Source of the DNA: Gemmatimonadaceae bacterium
GTDB taxonomy: Bacteria; Gemmatimonadota; Gemmatimonadetes; Gemmatimonadales; Gemmatimonadaceae
Length of the DNA stretch: 64,000 nt
Reading direction: 5' to 3'
Assembly: GCA_036264075.1 (NCBI GenBank)
Contig: DATARP010000100.1
Location: 2,737-66,736 of the forward strand
The notes beneath the pieces are model-generated. The model saw only the letters and a list, made by a program, of their open reading frames with translations, did not search any database and was not told the DNA's origin. Position 1 is the first letter of the stretch; each line of letters starts with the position of its first letter. Made by a program: the position numbers and the translations under genes. Shown piece by piece: positions 56,251-64,000 of the stretch.

Positions 56251-57395
56251 GATGCCATCTGGGCGACGTGGTTTCTGGCGGCGGCGTCGGCTGCGAGCAG
56301 CTCGTCGCGATTCGCCGAGGGCAGCGAGCTCAATTTCTCCAGGGCCGAGGATATCGCGGACGGAATTTCGGTGAACGCCAGAGCGCCGGCGAGAAACGCC
56401 GCGACGGCGGACTCGTTGGCGGCGTTGAACACCGCGGGCGCGGCGCCGCCAGCCTTGCCCGCTTCGATTCCGAGGCGGAGGGCCGGAAAGCGTTCGTGAT
56501 CCACGGGCTCGTAAGTCATCGGAGACAGTTTAACAGGATCGAACGGAGGTACACCGTGATCGTCGATCCGTTCTGGATGCGTGAGCGCATACAGCACCGG
56601 CAGCTCCATTGTTGGAACGCTCATCTGCGCGACCACGCTGCCATCTATGAATTCGACGAACGAATGTACGATGCTCTGGGGATGAACCACCACTTCTATG
56701 CGATCGTAGGGCAGCCCGAAGAGAAAATGCGCCTCGATCACCTCGAGCGCCTTGTTGGCCAGAGTCGCGCTGTCGACCGAGATCTTTCGGCCCATCCGCC
56801 AGGTCGGATGCTTGAGGGCATCCTCGACCGTGGCGGCAGCCAGCTGTTCGCGGGTCCAATCGCGGAACGGTCCGCCCGAAGCGGTGAGAATCACCCGCCG
56901 GACCTGGGACGCCGGATGGCCGGTGATGCACTGAAGAATCGCGCTGTGCTCGCTGTCGACGGGAACCACTTCGCCGCGCCCCGAGGCGCAGGCGTCGCTC
57001 ACGAGGTGGCCGGCGATCACGAGAGTCTCTTTGTTCGCAAGCGCCACACGCTTTCCCATTTCCAGGGCGGCGAGCGTCGCATCCAGGCCGGCAGCGCCAA
57101 CGATGGCGTTGAGCACTATGTCGACGTCGTCGCGCGTCGCCGCCGCAACAAGCGCCTCAGTGCCGCTCTCCCACGCGTCGTCCGCATCGGCGCTCGACTC
57201 GACCATCCCTACAAACGAAGGAGTGAATAGACGTGCCTGCTCCCTGAGCAGGGCACCATTGCTGTTGGCTGTGAGTGCCGTGACGCGAAAGCGGTCACGC
57301 TGCCTGTCCAGCACTCGCAGCGCCGTCGTCCCGATCGAGCCAGTGGAGCCCAGCACCGCCACCCCTTTCCTCTCGGTGGCGGACTTAGGGCTCAC
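56244..57395 (-). CDS. dxr: 1-deoxy-D-xylulose 5-phosphate reductoisomerase
   Basis: LGSTGSIG, LANKE, PVDSEH, HPTWRMG, NAANE; GTG 57395 overlapping the cdsA stop. Confidence 0.96.
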   Translation of the reverse strand: MSPKSATERKGVAVLGSTGSIGTTALRVLDRQRDRFRVTALTANSNGALLREQARLFTPSFVGMVESSADADDAWESGTEALVAAATRDDVDIVLNAIVGAAGLDATLAALEMGKRVALANKETLVIAGHLVSDACASGRGEVVPVDSEHSAILQCITGHPASQVRRVILTASGGPFRDWTREQLAAATVEDALKHPTWRMGRKISVDSATLANKALEVIEAHFLFGLPYDRIEVVVHPQSIVHSFVEFIDGSVVAQMSVPTMELPVLYALTHPERIDDHGVPPFDPVKLSPMTYEPVDHERFPALRLGIEAGKAGGAAPAVFNAANESAVAAFLAGALAFTEIPSAISSALEKLSSLPSANRDELLAADAAARNHVAQMASC

Positions 57396-58246
57396 TGTGG
57401 AACGGGCAGCAGCAGGCGGCCCAGGAGCAGCAGCGCGATCGGCATCACGAACAGGAGGCTGTCGAACCGATCGAGGATGCCGCCGTGTCCGGGAAGAATC
57501 CGGGAGCTGTCTTTTACGCCGGCCTCGCGCTTGAGGAGCGACTCGGCGAGATCGCCGGTCTGTGCGGCGACGCTCACGACTATCGCGAAGAGCACGGCTC
57601 CCTGAATGGTCAATCCCAGCTGTGCGTACGGCATCAGTAAGAAGCGCACATACAGTAGACATATGACGATGGCGAGTCCGAGTCCACCGACCGCCCCCTC
57701 AACGGTTTTTCCCGGACTGACGGACGGTATCAGTTTTTTCTTTCCGAACGTCCGCCCGAATGTGTAGGCCCCGACGTCAGTCGCCAACGTGATCAGAATC
57801 GGCAGGAACACCAGCACCGTGCCTGCTCCCGCGCCCACCGCGTAGTCGTGATAACGAAGCGCGTAGATGTAGGAGAAGAGTCACGCGTAGAGGATGCCGA
57901 ATACCGTTATCGACACTGACGACATGGGCTTCCCAGCCGGCCCCCTCAGCCAGATCGTGCTCGCGAAGAGCACGAGGATCATGCAGACGATCGCCGTCAG
58001 CGACAGAGTGTACACTCCGAGGCGCTGCGCATGGACAGCTATTGGGAGAAGCGCCGCTAGAGCGATCCCTGCTGGCTCGAGCGGAAGCGCCCCAGTCTCT
58101 CGCGCCATGCGATAGAACTCCCAGGCGGCGAGGGCAGCCAGAACGGAGAGGACGATCGCCAGCACCCAGTCGCCGAAATAAACCAGCGCAATGGCCGCGG
58201 GCGCAGCGACGATTGCGAAGATGATGCGCCGTGTCAGCTCCGACAC
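57392..58246 (-). pseudogene. cdsA: Phosphatidate cytidylyltransferase interrupted by an in-frame TGA at 57881-57883 (pseudogene, readthrough or sequence error)
   Basis: Two ORFs in the same frame, ...FGILYA*LFSYIYALRY...; the C-half has D..AY..GR.FG, SPGKTVEG, GDLAESLLKREAGVKDS, PGHGGILDRFDS. Confidence 0.85.
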
Positions 58247-58249
58247 GGT

Positions 58250-58804
58250 CTAGACTTCCATGATTTCTGCTTCTTTTCCCTTCAACAACTCATCGATCCT
58301 GCTGATGTAGTCGTCGTGAAGCTTCTGAAGCTCTTTCTCCGCCTTCTTCTGATCGTCTTCCGATGTCTTCTCGAGTTTCTTGAGCTGGTCGCGCGCGGCC
58401 GTTCTCGCGTGCCTGATTCCGATCCGCGCCTCTTCAGCAAGCTTGTGCACGACCTTAACCAGCTCCTTTCGGCGCTGCTCGTTCAGCGAAGGAAGGGGAA
58501 CGCGAATAACGCCCGACTGGCTCTGTGGGTTGAGCCCGAGATCCGAATCGCGGAGCGCCTTCTCTATCGCGGTGATGAGTCCCTTGTCCCACGGCGTGAC
58601 GGTGAGCAGCCGCGGCTCGGGAGCCGACACGCCCGCCACCTGATTCAACGGCATCTGCTGCCCGTACGCGTCGACGCGAACAGTGTCGAGGAGGCTCGCC
58701 GTCGCCTTTCCTGTCCGGATCGAGGCGAGCTCGCGCTTGGAAGCCTCGAATGATTTCTCCATCGCAGTACGGCAGTCCTTCGTGATCTGAGGAATTGTCG
58801 TCAT
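58250..58804 (-). CDS. frr: Ribosome recycling factor
   Basis: [32 protein letters not shown]. Confidence 0.96.
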   Translation of the reverse strand: MTTIPQITKDCRTAMEKSFEASKRELASIRTGKATASLLDTVRVDAYGQQMPLNQVAGVSAPEPRLLTVTPWDKGLITAIEKALRDSDLGLNPQSQSGVIRVPLPSLNEQRRKELVKVVHKLAEEARIGIRHARTAARDQLKKLEKTSEDDQKKAEKELQKLHDDYISRIDELLKGKEAEIMEV

Positions 58805-59514
58805 TGTACGATCGTTCCGACTCGCTCACCCCTGAGCGCGCGGGCAACTTCTCCGTGACGGTGAATGTTCAGGACGATGATGGGGAGCTTGTTTTCCTTG
58901 CACAGCGTGATTGCGGTCTGGTCCATGACGCCGAGCTCGTTGACCATGACGTCTCGGTAGCTGATCTCGTGGTAGCGGGTCGCTTCCGGGTCGCGCTTCG
59001 GATCGGCCGAATACACTCCGTCCACGCTCGTCGCCTTGATGATCACGTCGGCGTGGATCTGGATCGCGCGTAACGCGGCAGCGGTGTCGGTGGAGAAGTA
59101 CGGATTCCCCGTACCGGCCGCGAAAATCACGACGCGTCCCTTCTCGAAATGCCGCATCGCGCGACGTCGGATGAACGGCTCGGCGATGGACTCCATGGCG
59201 ATGGCGGTCATGACGCGCGTCTCGAGCTCCGCCTTCTCGAGCACATCCTGGAGAGCCAGCGCGTTGATCACGGTGCCGAGCATGCCCATGTAGTCGGCGC
59301 CGACGCGGTCCATTCCCATCTTGGAGAGCTGCGCGCCGCGAACGATGTTTCCGCCTCCGATCACCAGCCCGACGCTTGCTCCCAGCTTGACGATATCCGA
59401 TATCTCGGTGGCGAGCCGCTCGAGGATCTTGAAATCGAAACCGCCGCCCTTCTGTCCGGCGAGAGCCTCGCCGGACAGCTTCAGCAGGATGCGGTTGTAC
59501 TTGAGATCAGCCAA
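58801..59514 (-). CDS. pyrH: UMP kinase
   Basis: [34 protein letters not shown]. Confidence 0.97.
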   Translation of the reverse strand: MADLKYNRILLKLSGEALAGQKGGGFDFKILERLATEISDIVKLGASVGLVIGGGNIVRGAQLSKMGMDRVGADYMGMLGTVINALALQDVLEKAELETRVMTAIAMESIAEPFIRRRAMRHFEKGRVVIFAAGTGNPYFSTDTAAALRAIQIHADVIIKATSVDGVYSADPKRDPEATRYHEISYRDVMVNELGVMDQTAITLCKENKLPIIVLNIHRHGEVARALRGERVGTIVQ

Positions 59515-59523
59515 AGCTGCTCT

Positions 59524-60135
59524 CTACTCCTCGCCCATCTGGAAGCGGACGAACCGGCGGACCTGGATGTTCTCACCAAGCTTCGCCGAGGCTTCCTTGA
59601 TGAGCTCGCCAATGGTCTTCTTCGGCTCTCTCACCCACGCCTGGTGAACAAGCGCGACGTCCTTGTAGTACGACTCGATCTTGCCGGCGACGATCTTTTC
59701 GATCAGGTGGTCCGGCTTGCCGCTCTGCTTCACCTGCTCGATGAAGATGCGCTTCTCCTTCTCCACTTTGTCCTGCGGCACCTGGTCCTTGTCAACGGCG
59801 ACGGGGGCCGCGGCGGCGATGTGCTCCGCGATGTATTTGACGAGCTCCTTGAACGTGTCGGTGCGCGCCACGAAATCTGTCTCGCAATTCACTTCGACCA
59901 TCACGCCGACTTTGCCGTTGTGGTGGATGTAGCTGCCTATGACGCCCTCGCTCGTCTGTTTGCCAACGCGCTTCTCGGCCTTGGCGATTCCCTTCGTGCG
60001 AAGGTACTCGATCGCCTTCTCCATGTCGCCGTTGTTCTCCTCGAGCGCCTTCTTCGATTCCATCATACCCGCGCCGGTGCGCTGGCGCAGAGTCTGAACG
60101 TCTTTTGCTGTGATCTTCTCTTTAGTAGTCATCAT
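59524..60135 (-). CDS. tsf: Elongation factor Ts (short form)
   Basis: LRQRTGAGMM, EVNCETDFV, GENIQVRRFVRF; 203 aa. Confidence 0.95.
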   Translation of the reverse strand: MMTTKEKITAKDVQTLRQRTGAGMMESKKALEENNGDMEKAIEYLRTKGIAKAEKRVGKQTSEGVIGSYIHHNGKVGVMVEVNCETDFVARTDTFKELVKYIAEHIAAAAPVAVDKDQVPQDKVEKEKRIFIEQVKQSGKPDHLIEKIVAGKIESYYKDVALVHQAWVREPKKTIGELIKEASAKLGENIQVRRFVRFQMGEE

Positions 60136-60149
60136 CTTGTCTCGTGAAA

Positions 60150-60175
60150 ACGCCGCCGGAATTTTCCGGCGGCGT
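60150..60175 (-). terminator. Hairpin between rpsB and tsf (terminator or attenuator-like)
   Basis: ACGCCGCCGGAA/TTCCGGCGGCGT inverted repeat ending in TTTT on the minus strand. Confidence 0.65.
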
Positions 60176-60180
60176 GAAAG

Positions 60181-61074
60181 TTAACCTTCCTGCTCGGTCT
60201 CGGTGGCTTCCTCTGTTCCGCCACCCTCATCGCCGCCTGTCTTGAGCCGCGCGGCAATCGCCTCGGGTTTTGCCCGACGTCTACGCGGCCGTCTCTTTCT
60301 CTTTTTGTCGCCCTCGCCTTCGGGCTCAGCGCCGCGATCGGAGCTGTAGGTGTACGATTCGGCCTCTTCCACTTCCTCGCGCACCGGCGCTTCTCTGCGG
60401 GCTTCGACGATCGCATCCGCGATCGACTTCGCCATCAGCTCAACGGACCGAATCGCGTCGTCGTTGCCCGCGATAGGAACCGTAATCAGGTCCGGATCAG
60501 CGTTCGTGTCGACCAGCGCGATCAGCGGAATGCCGAGCTTGTTGGCTTCATTCACCGCGATACGCTCCTTCTTGGAGTCGATCACGAACATGAGGCCGGG
60601 AAGCCGCGTAAGGTTCTTGATGCCCGAAAGGTTCTTGGAAAGCTTGTCGCGCTGACGACTCATCATCAGCTGCTCTTTCTTGGTATAGTTCTCGAAATCA
60701 CCGCCGGCCTCGCTGCCCGCCTCTAGCTCCTTCAGTCGGCGAACCTGCTTCTTCACCGTCTGGAAGTTCGTGAGCAGACCGCCGAGCCATCTCTCAGTCA
60801 CGTACATCGCGCCGCAACGCTCGGCTTCGCTCTTCACGATGTTGACGAGCTGCCGCTTGGTGCAAACGAAGAGGACATTGTCGCCGCGGAGAATGACTTC
60901 TCTCGCGAGCTTCTGCGCCAGCTCCAGCTGCCGCAGCGTCTTCTGCAGGTCGATGATGTGAATGCCGTTTCTCTCCGCGAAGATGAACCGACGCATCTTC
61001 GGGTTCCAACGGCGGGTCTGGTGTCCGAAGTGGACACCGGCTTCGAGTAGCTGCTCCAGGTTTGGCTGAGCCAT
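60181..61074 (-). CDS. rpsB: 30S ribosomal protein S2
   Basis: LLEAGVHFGHQTRRWNPKM, RWLGGLLTN, DTNADPD, GNDDA; ATG 61074. Confidence 0.97.
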   Translation of the reverse strand: MAQPNLEQLLEAGVHFGHQTRRWNPKMRRFIFAERNGIHIIDLQKTLRQLELAQKLAREVILRGDNVLFVCTKRQLVNIVKSEAERCGAMYVTERWLGGLLTNFQTVKKQVRRLKELEAGSEAGGDFENYTKKEQLMMSRQRDKLSKNLSGIKNLTRLPGLMFVIDSKKERIAVNEANKLGIPLIALVDTNADPDLITVPIAGNDDAIRSVELMAKSIADAIVEARREAPVREEVEEAESYTYSSDRGAEPEGEGDKKRKRRPRRRRAKPEAIAARLKTGGDEGGGTEEATETEQEG

Positions 61075-61096
61075 TAAATAGTGATTCCTTCGGGGT

Positions 61097-61486
61097 TTAG
61101 CGCTTCGAGAACTGGAATTTCTTTCTTGCCTTCGGACGGCCGGGCTTCTTCCGCTCCACCGCTCTTGCATCACGCGTCAGCAACGCCAGATCGCGCAGCT
61201 TCCGGCGGTGCGACTCGTCCATCTTCACCAGCGCGCGGGCGACGGCGAGGCGCAGTGCGCCCGCCTGTCCCGTCAGTCCGCCACCTTCTACCTTAGCCTT
61301 TACGTCAAAGCGCCCGAGCGTGTCGGTGATCGTGAACGGCTGCTGGATCGCGGAGACATGCGCGGGGCGCGGAAAATAGTCACCGAGCGTGCGTCCATTC
61401 ACCGACCACTTGCCGGATCCCGGCTTGATGTAGAGACGGCAGACGGCTTCCTTGCGCCGCCCAATCGTGTGCGTCGTATCAGGCAT
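61097..61486 (-). CDS. rpsI: 30S ribosomal protein S9
   Basis: GRRK, GGGLTGQAGA, ERKKPG..KARK..QFSKR. Confidence 0.97.
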   Translation of the reverse strand: MPDTTHTIGRRKEAVCRLYIKPGSGKWSVNGRTLGDYFPRPAHVSAIQQPFTITDTLGRFDVKAKVEGGGLTGQAGALRLAVARALVKMDESHRRKLRDLALLTRDARAVERKKPGRPKARKKFQFSKR

Positions 61487-61932
61487 TACTTCTCGCTCTT
61501 GTTGAGGTCGAGCACTTTCGGCTGCTGCGCGGCGTGCGTGTGCTTCGAATCGGCGAACACTCTGAGCTTGTTGCGAAGAGTCTGGCGCCCGAGTGCAGTC
61601 TTCGGGAGCATCCCGTATACAGCCTTCTCGATCACGCGCTCCGGATGCTTCTCGAGCATCGTCGCGAACGGCGTGAACCGCTCGTGGCCCATGTATCCGG
61701 TGTGTCTGAAGTACTGCTTCTGCTCGGCCTTCTTGCCAGTGACACGAACCTTCGCGGCGTTGATCACGATGACGTTGTCGCCCGTGTCCATATGGGGCGT
61801 GTACATCGGTTTGTGCTTGCCGCGAATGATCTTCGCGACTTCGGTCGCCAGGCGGCCGAGGACCATGCCTTCAGCGTCGACGACGTACCATTGGTGCTCG
61901 ATATCCCGCGGGGTTGCGGAGTAGGTCTTCAT
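61486..61932 (-). CDS. rplM: 50S ribosomal protein L13
   Basis: WYVVDA..LGRLA..GKHKP.YTPH.DTGD..GMLPK..HAAQQP. Confidence 0.97.
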   Translation of the reverse strand: MKTYSATPRDIEHQWYVVDAEGMVLGRLATEVAKIIRGKHKPMYTPHMDTGDNVIVINAAKVRVTGKKAEQKQYFRHTGYMGHERFTPFATMLEKHPERVIEKAVYGMLPKTALGRQTLRNKLRVFADSKHTHAAQQPKVLDLNKSEK

Positions 61933-62025
61933 GTGATGCGAAACGTATGAAAGTGCCGGCCCCCTTTCGTTCGAGTTGGGTTCCGAGCGGTTGATTGCGA
62001 CTAAGTGGTTTTGCGACAGCCTTTT

Positions 62026-62054
62026 AAGCTATCCGGGGAGGGTGAGTGTGTCAA
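62026..62054 (-). promoter_or_regulatory. sigma70-type promoter of the rplM operon
   Basis: TTGACA-N17-TAGCTT, about 90 nt upstream of rplM. Confidence 0.75.
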
Positions 62055-62067
62055 CCGCGCTCCGCCT

Positions 62068-62103
62068 GAAAACACGAAGGGCCGAGGATCGCTCGGCCCT
62101 TCG
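62068..62103 (-). terminator. Rho-independent terminator after the DUF3761 gene
   Basis: 12-bp stem CGAAGGGCCGAG/CTCGGCCCTTCG with a 5-nt loop, then TGTTTTC on minus. Confidence 0.75.
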
Positions 62104-62125
62104 AAATATCAGCTGCTCAAGGAGT

Positions 62126-62701
62126 CTACAACCAGCTCGCGACCCCGCCGTGCCGACTGCACGCGCCCCGACGATTCTTGGCGTGCGAATACAGACCATC
62201 CTTGCAGCGCGCGATTGCGCCCGCCGCATTGTTGTCCTCAGCCGCACCCGATCCCGAGACGACTGCCGAGTTCGCATTCGCTCTGGCTCTCGCCCTCGCC
62301 GAAGCTCTTGGCGTCGCCGCAGTTCCAGGAGCTGGAACCGGCGCACCCGTTGTCTTGGACGTAGCCTCAGCACCCTTCGCTCCGCCATGACCAGAGCAGG
62401 TCCCACGGCCGGTCGAATTGGAGGTCGTTCCATCGGCGCAAAGCGTGGTCACCTGCACGCCCGGCGTGCGCTTCGCGACTGCGTTGGCCGCCTTTACTTC
62501 ACTCTTTACGACTTTCTTCTGGTGCGTGACGGCCTTCTTGTTGACGCCGCCATGACCGGAGCAAGCACCGCGTCCCGACGAGGCGGACGTGGTTCCGTCT
62601 TTACAAATTGTCGCCGTCGCCTGTGCCTGCAGCGAGCCGGTCTGAATGGTCGCGAATGCCGCGATTGCAGCCGCGAGAATCCAATGTCGTGATCTGAGCA
62701 C
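62126..62701 (-). CDS. Secreted protein with three DUF3761-like Cys/His repeats
   Basis: Signal peptide; 3x C.DG..S....RG.CS.HGG. Confidence 0.8.
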   Translation of the reverse strand: MLRSRHWILAAAIAAFATIQTGSLQAQATATICKDGTTSASSGRGACSGHGGVNKKAVTHQKKVVKSEVKAANAVAKRTPGVQVTTLCADGTTSNSTGRGTCSGHGGAKGAEATSKTTGAPVPAPGTAATPRASARARARANANSAVVSGSGAAEDNNAAGAIARCKDGLYSHAKNRRGACSRHGGVASWL

Positions 62702-62796
62702 GCTACCTCCTCGATTCGGGAATGAAACTCCGTTGAACTACAAAGTATCGCTTATGGTCGCGCGAAAATGGTAAGGGTTACTTCCTTACACGGAGA

Positions 62797-63279
62797 TTAC
62801 AGAGTCGCTTCTCGCGAATCGCCCGGCGCGGCGGGTCGGGGTCGCGTTCCCATTATCGCTGAGCTCAAATCCGTCGCGAGCTGACCGGAATCGATCCCCT
62901 GAGCCTGCACATGTTGGCCGATTCCGCTGAGCACCGCCGGCGCCACGGCGCTAACAATTTTTCCGGCGTCCTCACGGCTGATACCCGTGACATCGCTGAC
63001 TCGCTGTGTAACCGCATCCTGATGATCACCCAGGACTTGAGGGAGCGCGGCAGTCCTATCTGGGTTTTCCGCTTGGGTGGAGTCTTCACGGTGGACCGCC
63101 TCAGCGCCGCCCGTGTTCGCGTGCGCTGCCATCGCAGCGGTGACCAGGGGAATCGCGGCATTCACCGCCCGCTGCGCAACAACCGGATCGACGCCCAGCC
63201 GCTGACTGATCTGCTGGACAGCGGCGTTGCCAACCTGCTGCTGAACCTGTTGCTGAATCGAGTCGAGAACCGAAGACAT
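62797..63279 (-). CDS. DUF937 family protein
   Basis: ISQRLGV....A..A...AIP..; QVLG......V...VS..TG......GK......P.VL; ATG 63279. Confidence 0.7.
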   Translation of the reverse strand: MSSVLDSIQQQVQQQVGNAAVQQISQRLGVDPVVAQRAVNAAIPLVTAAMAAHANTGGAEAVHREDSTQAENPDRTAALPQVLGDHQDAVTQRVSDVTGISREDAGKIVSAVAPAVLSGIGQHVQAQGIDSGQLATDLSSAIMGTRPRPAAPGDSREATL

Positions 63280-63370
63280 GGTCGCTCCAGGAATTGTTGC
63301 GCGTCGGTAACGCAAGGCGTGTACTCGCCAGAGCTGAACAGTGGAAAAGAAAGTCGTTCCAGTCCCGGAG

Positions 63371-63874
63371 TTATTCGAGGGCGACCAGCAAAGCACCCTT
63401 CTCGACCGCAGTACCCGGGGCCACTTCGACACTCTTAACCGTCCCGGCGGCCGTGGCGCGCAGCTCGTTTTCCATCTTCATGGCTTCCATGACGACGATT
63501 CCCTGACCGGCCTGCACTGTGTCGCCGACCTTGACGCTCACGCGAACGATGAGACCCGGCATCGGTGCCCGCACCGGAGCTGGTCCGACCGGACCTGCGC
63601 TGGCGGCAGACACGTCGCGGATAGCGCGTGTTCGCTCATCGAGTGCCTCCGCCTCAAAGCGATAGCCATCGATCCAGAGTGTGTACCGTCCGCGACCTTG
63701 TCGTTTCTGGACGACCACGCGGTACACCATGGTGCCGATCTTGAGCATCCGAATCGGGCTCCCCTCGATATCGGAGAGCTCCGCTTGCCGTGACGCTCCG
63801 CCTTCGTAGGCGACGCCTTCCGGTTCGAGTGACACCATCTTCCGTTCGCCGTCGAGCTGGACGATGTATTTCAT
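63371..63874 (-). CDS. Biotin carboxyl carrier protein (acyl-CoA carboxylase subunit)
   Basis: APMPG..EAMKMEN biotinylation motif; ATG 63874. Confidence 0.9.
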   Translation of the reverse strand: MKYIVQLDGERKMVSLEPEGVAYEGGASRQAELSDIEGSPIRMLKIGTMVYRVVVQKRQGRGRYTLWIDGYRFEAEALDERTRAIRDVSAASAGPVGPAPVRAPMPGLIVRVSVKVGDTVQAGQGIVVMEAMKMENELRATAAGTVKSVEVAPGTAVEKGALLVALE

Positions 63875-64000
63875 GGAGACTCTCCCGCGAGCGGCCGGAG
63901 CTCGCATACAGTCTCCACGTGCGCGGTCTGCGGGAACATGTCGAAAGCACGAACGGATCCGATCCCGTAACCGGGCAGCCTCGCAATGTCCCGCGCCAAC
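63871..64000 (-). CDS. C-terminus of 23S rRNA (uracil-5)-methyltransferase RlmD/RumA family (partial)
   Basis: Manual translation LARDIARLPGYGIGSVRAFDMFPQTAHVETVCELRPLAGESP*, with ATGA overlap into the BCCP gene. Confidence 0.85.
   Translation of the reverse strand, partial: LARDIARLPGYGIGSVRAFDMFPQTAHVETVCELRPLAGESP

Noticed and set aside
57881-57883. Selenocysteine insertion or genome-wide TGA reassignment to explain the cdsA stop
   Set aside because: The position is in a TM helix rather than at a catalytic Cys, no convincing SECIS hairpin was seen, and many genes here end in TGA
62771-62789. GTAAGG-N7-CCTTAC inverted repeat upstream of the DUF3761 gene
   Set aside because: Only 6-bp arms and a single occurrence; cannot be distinguished from chance
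1-64000. CRISPR array, rRNA, prophage or defence system
   Set aside because: No regularly spaced repeats, rRNA-like stretches, phage genes or nuclease/defence signatures were seen; mazG is the ordinary two-domain housekeeping type

Overview
GC-rich bacterial chromosome segment, probably Gemmatimonadota or another FCB-related diderm (inferred from gene order and protein styles, not from a database search). Almost all genes lie on the minus strand and are tightly coupled. Most of it is housekeeping: rplM-rpsI-rpsB-tsf-pyrH-frr-cdsA-dxr-rseP; yggS-divIVA-ileS-dksA-lspA-rluD; tRNA-Val; a dcw cluster (rsmH-ftsL-ftsI-murE-murF-mraY-murD-ftsW-murG-murC-ftsQ-ftsA-ftsZ); ftsY-recG; asnS; and alr-deoB-cdd to miaB. 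The standout is an 11.5 kb, 14-gene operon (36539-48080). A chemosensory set (cheW-cheY-cheA-cheC ... cheR-cheB, with no chemoreceptor and no cheD in the window) encloses a Ras-like GTPase polarity module: MglA, an MglB, two more roadblock proteins, two DUF4388 proteins (one with a tandem MshEN-like motif), a large TPR protein and a small acidic ORF. Other oddities are an in-frame TGA in the normally essential cdsA, two DnaA boxes upstream of ftsZ, an exported TPR protein in the position of mraZ, an orphan encapsulated-ferritin-like gene, and probable CTG start codons. No CRISPR array, integrase or transposase was seen.
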